Assembly (NCBI RefSeq): GCF_963921235.1
Contig: NW_026948113.1
Span: 372,001 to 436,000, forward strand
Source of the DNA: Mobula hypostoma
Lineage: Eukaryota
Direction of reading: 5' to 3'
Length of the DNA stretch: 64,000 nucleotides
A program made the translations under genes and the position numbers. Each line of letters opens with the position of its first letter. The stretch's first letter is position 1. The notes beneath the pieces were generated by a model. It was given only the letters and a program-made list of their open reading frames with translations. It was not told where the DNA came from and searched no databases. Below are positions 61,964 to 64,000 of this stretch, piece after piece.

Positions 61964-63249
61964 CTACTCACCAAGTAAAGATTGGTAAATTGGTAATATT
62001 TTAAATTGTTGTCACATGTACTGAGGTACACTGAAAAATCTTTGTACTGCATGCCATCCACAGATAATTGCATTACAATTGCACATTGAGATAATACAAG
62101 GGGCAAAAATAGCAAAATGGAAAGCAACTTGTAACAGTTACAGAGGAAGTAGAGAGCAGGCACACAGTAAGGAGCAAGGGCCACAGTATGGTTGATCGTG
62201 ACATCAAAGGTTAAACGTGCCGTACTATGGAACTCTACAATACTGTTATAACAGCAAAATAGAAGCTGTCCTTGATCATCAGTGTGTGCTTTCAGGCTTT
62301 CGTACCTTCTGCTCAGCAGAAGGTGGGGGAAGAAGAAAGAATTTATGGTGCAGGCGATGTCTTATTCACTGGAGCTTAGGAGAATGGGGTGATCTTATGC
62401 ATATTAACGAAGGAAGGAAGTCATTAAACTGGAAAAGGTGTACAAAATATTCTCAAGAACGTTGCCAAGAAAGGTACACTTGAATTAGAAGGGGAGGTAG
62501 CATAGCTTGGCATTATTTTCCCTTGAATGTAAGAGGTTGAGATATATAGAAAAACGTATAAAATCATAAAGAGCATAGAGAGGATGAATGCACAATCTTT
62601 TTCCCAGGATTTGGGCATCAGGAACTTTAGGACAAAGGTTTAAGGTGATTAGTGAAAAATTATAATAGAAACCGGAGGGCCAACATTCTCAAGCAGAAGT
62701 TGTCAGCACAGGGAAGGAGATGCAAGAGAAAGTGGTTTTGGCAGCTACATTAACAACATTTTAAACAAAAAAAAAAAAATCACTGGAACCAGTAGGTAGA
62801 CAGGAAATGTTTGGTAGTATATGGGCCATGGTAGGAATCTTGGTTGGCATAGACCAGTTGTGCAGATGGCCTGTTTTTGTTCCGTAAGGGTCTATGACTT
62901 CTCTAAATGTCAGTCATTTCTCAGCCAGGCAGTGGCCATTGGACAGTCAGACCTTGACCCACAGGCCCAATCACTTCTCAGTTGTTTCTTTCCTTGAGCA
63001 TCTATTATGTTTCTTTGGCCCATAACTCATAATTGCTTCTTACGACTGAACACAAACAAGAGAAAATCTGAAGATACTGTAACCTTGTAAATAATAACTT
63101 TCAGCAAGGACATGGGACATGTTTTTTGAAGAAAGAAACTTTCAGAGGCGTGTAAGAGAAGAATGGAGCTACTTGATCAGCTCTTTCAAAGTGGTAGACA
63201 CGGTGGTAAAGAAAGCCTACAGGATTTATTAATCAGGGCATAAAATATA

Positions 63250-63535
63250 ATTTGTTTTATTTAGAGAAACAGTACAGACCAGGCCCTGCTGGACCAATGC
63301 ACTACACCATCCAACAACCCACCTATTTAACACCTGTCTCATCATAGGACAATTTACAATGACGAATTAACCCACTAGCTGGTACGTCTGTGGACTATGG
63401 GAGGAAGCCGGAGCAGCCAGAGGATATCCAGGCAGTTCATGGAGAGAACGTGCAAACTCTTACAGACGGCATTGGAACTGAACTCTGAACTACACTACCA
63501 TGGTGTTCTGTGAAGCTCTGGTACAGCTTTACTGA
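63250..63535 (-). mobile_element. SINE insertion (V-SINE/HE1-like body) specific to the paralog intron
   Basis: GGGAGGAAGCCGGAGCA...GAGAACGTGCAAACTC core; it interrupts the CR1 remnant shared with gene 1 intron 4. Confidence 0.6.
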
Positions 63536-64000
63536 GGAGATGCATCATCGGGTCAGTCAAAGAGGTAGGTATAGTGATGAACAAAGTGTACAGGATACGA
63601 GTGTTCATTAATATGGGCACAGAATACAAAACCAAGGAAATTAGGGTACAGCTTTACAAAACATTACCTAGGCTACATCCCAAGTACTTGATGCATTTGT
63701 GGTCACCAGCCCAGAGGAACAATTTGATTGCATGGGACAGAGTACACAGGATATTCACCAGGATTTTATTGGGATGCAATGTTTCAGTGAAGAGGCCAGG
63801 TTTGATTTCCCTGAACGGGAGGAGGCTGAGAGAGGAGCTGATGGCATTATACAAAATTGTTAGGGGCATTGAAAGGAAAGATGTACAAAATGCTGAAAGA
63901 GCAAAGCTTTTTTTTACTGCAGTAGTTTGTATACTGCTCCCACTTAATTTCTTTTATAAAACAGCAGCAAACTTTTCCCCATAGCAGAGGTGCTTATTAC

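Overview
Vertebrate genomic DNA. The repeat landscape suggests a cartilaginous fish, probably a ray, but that is an inference. Most of the window is nested, decayed transposons: Penelope-like elements (PLE), CR1, Rex1/Babar-type and Tx1-type LINEs, one internally deleted Gypsy LTR element, two hAT (Charlie/Buster-like) elements and SINEs. Embedded in it is a complete, hand-assembled non-classical MHC class I-like gene on the + strand. Its exons are leader 30391-30466, alpha1 37608-37856, alpha2 39945-40205, alpha3 44463-44738, C-terminal exon 47032-47144/47148 and a 3'UTR exon from 47235. All coding introns are phase 1, giving a 939-nt CDS and 312 aa. The 3' end of a diverged paralog lies inverted (tail-to-tail) at about 61195-64000. 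Both paralogs stop at the same TAG directly after a small-residue/spacer/hydrophobic segment, with no cytoplasmic tail, which is the architecture of a GPI-attachment signal. The ectodomain has lost most classical peptide-anchor residues and has an extra Cys pair in alpha2, an odd Cys plus three N-glycan sequons in alpha3, and needs a GC splice donor. The best candidate novelty is a duplicated, putatively GPI-anchored non-classical class I lineage. Exon structures were read by eye and no database search was possible.
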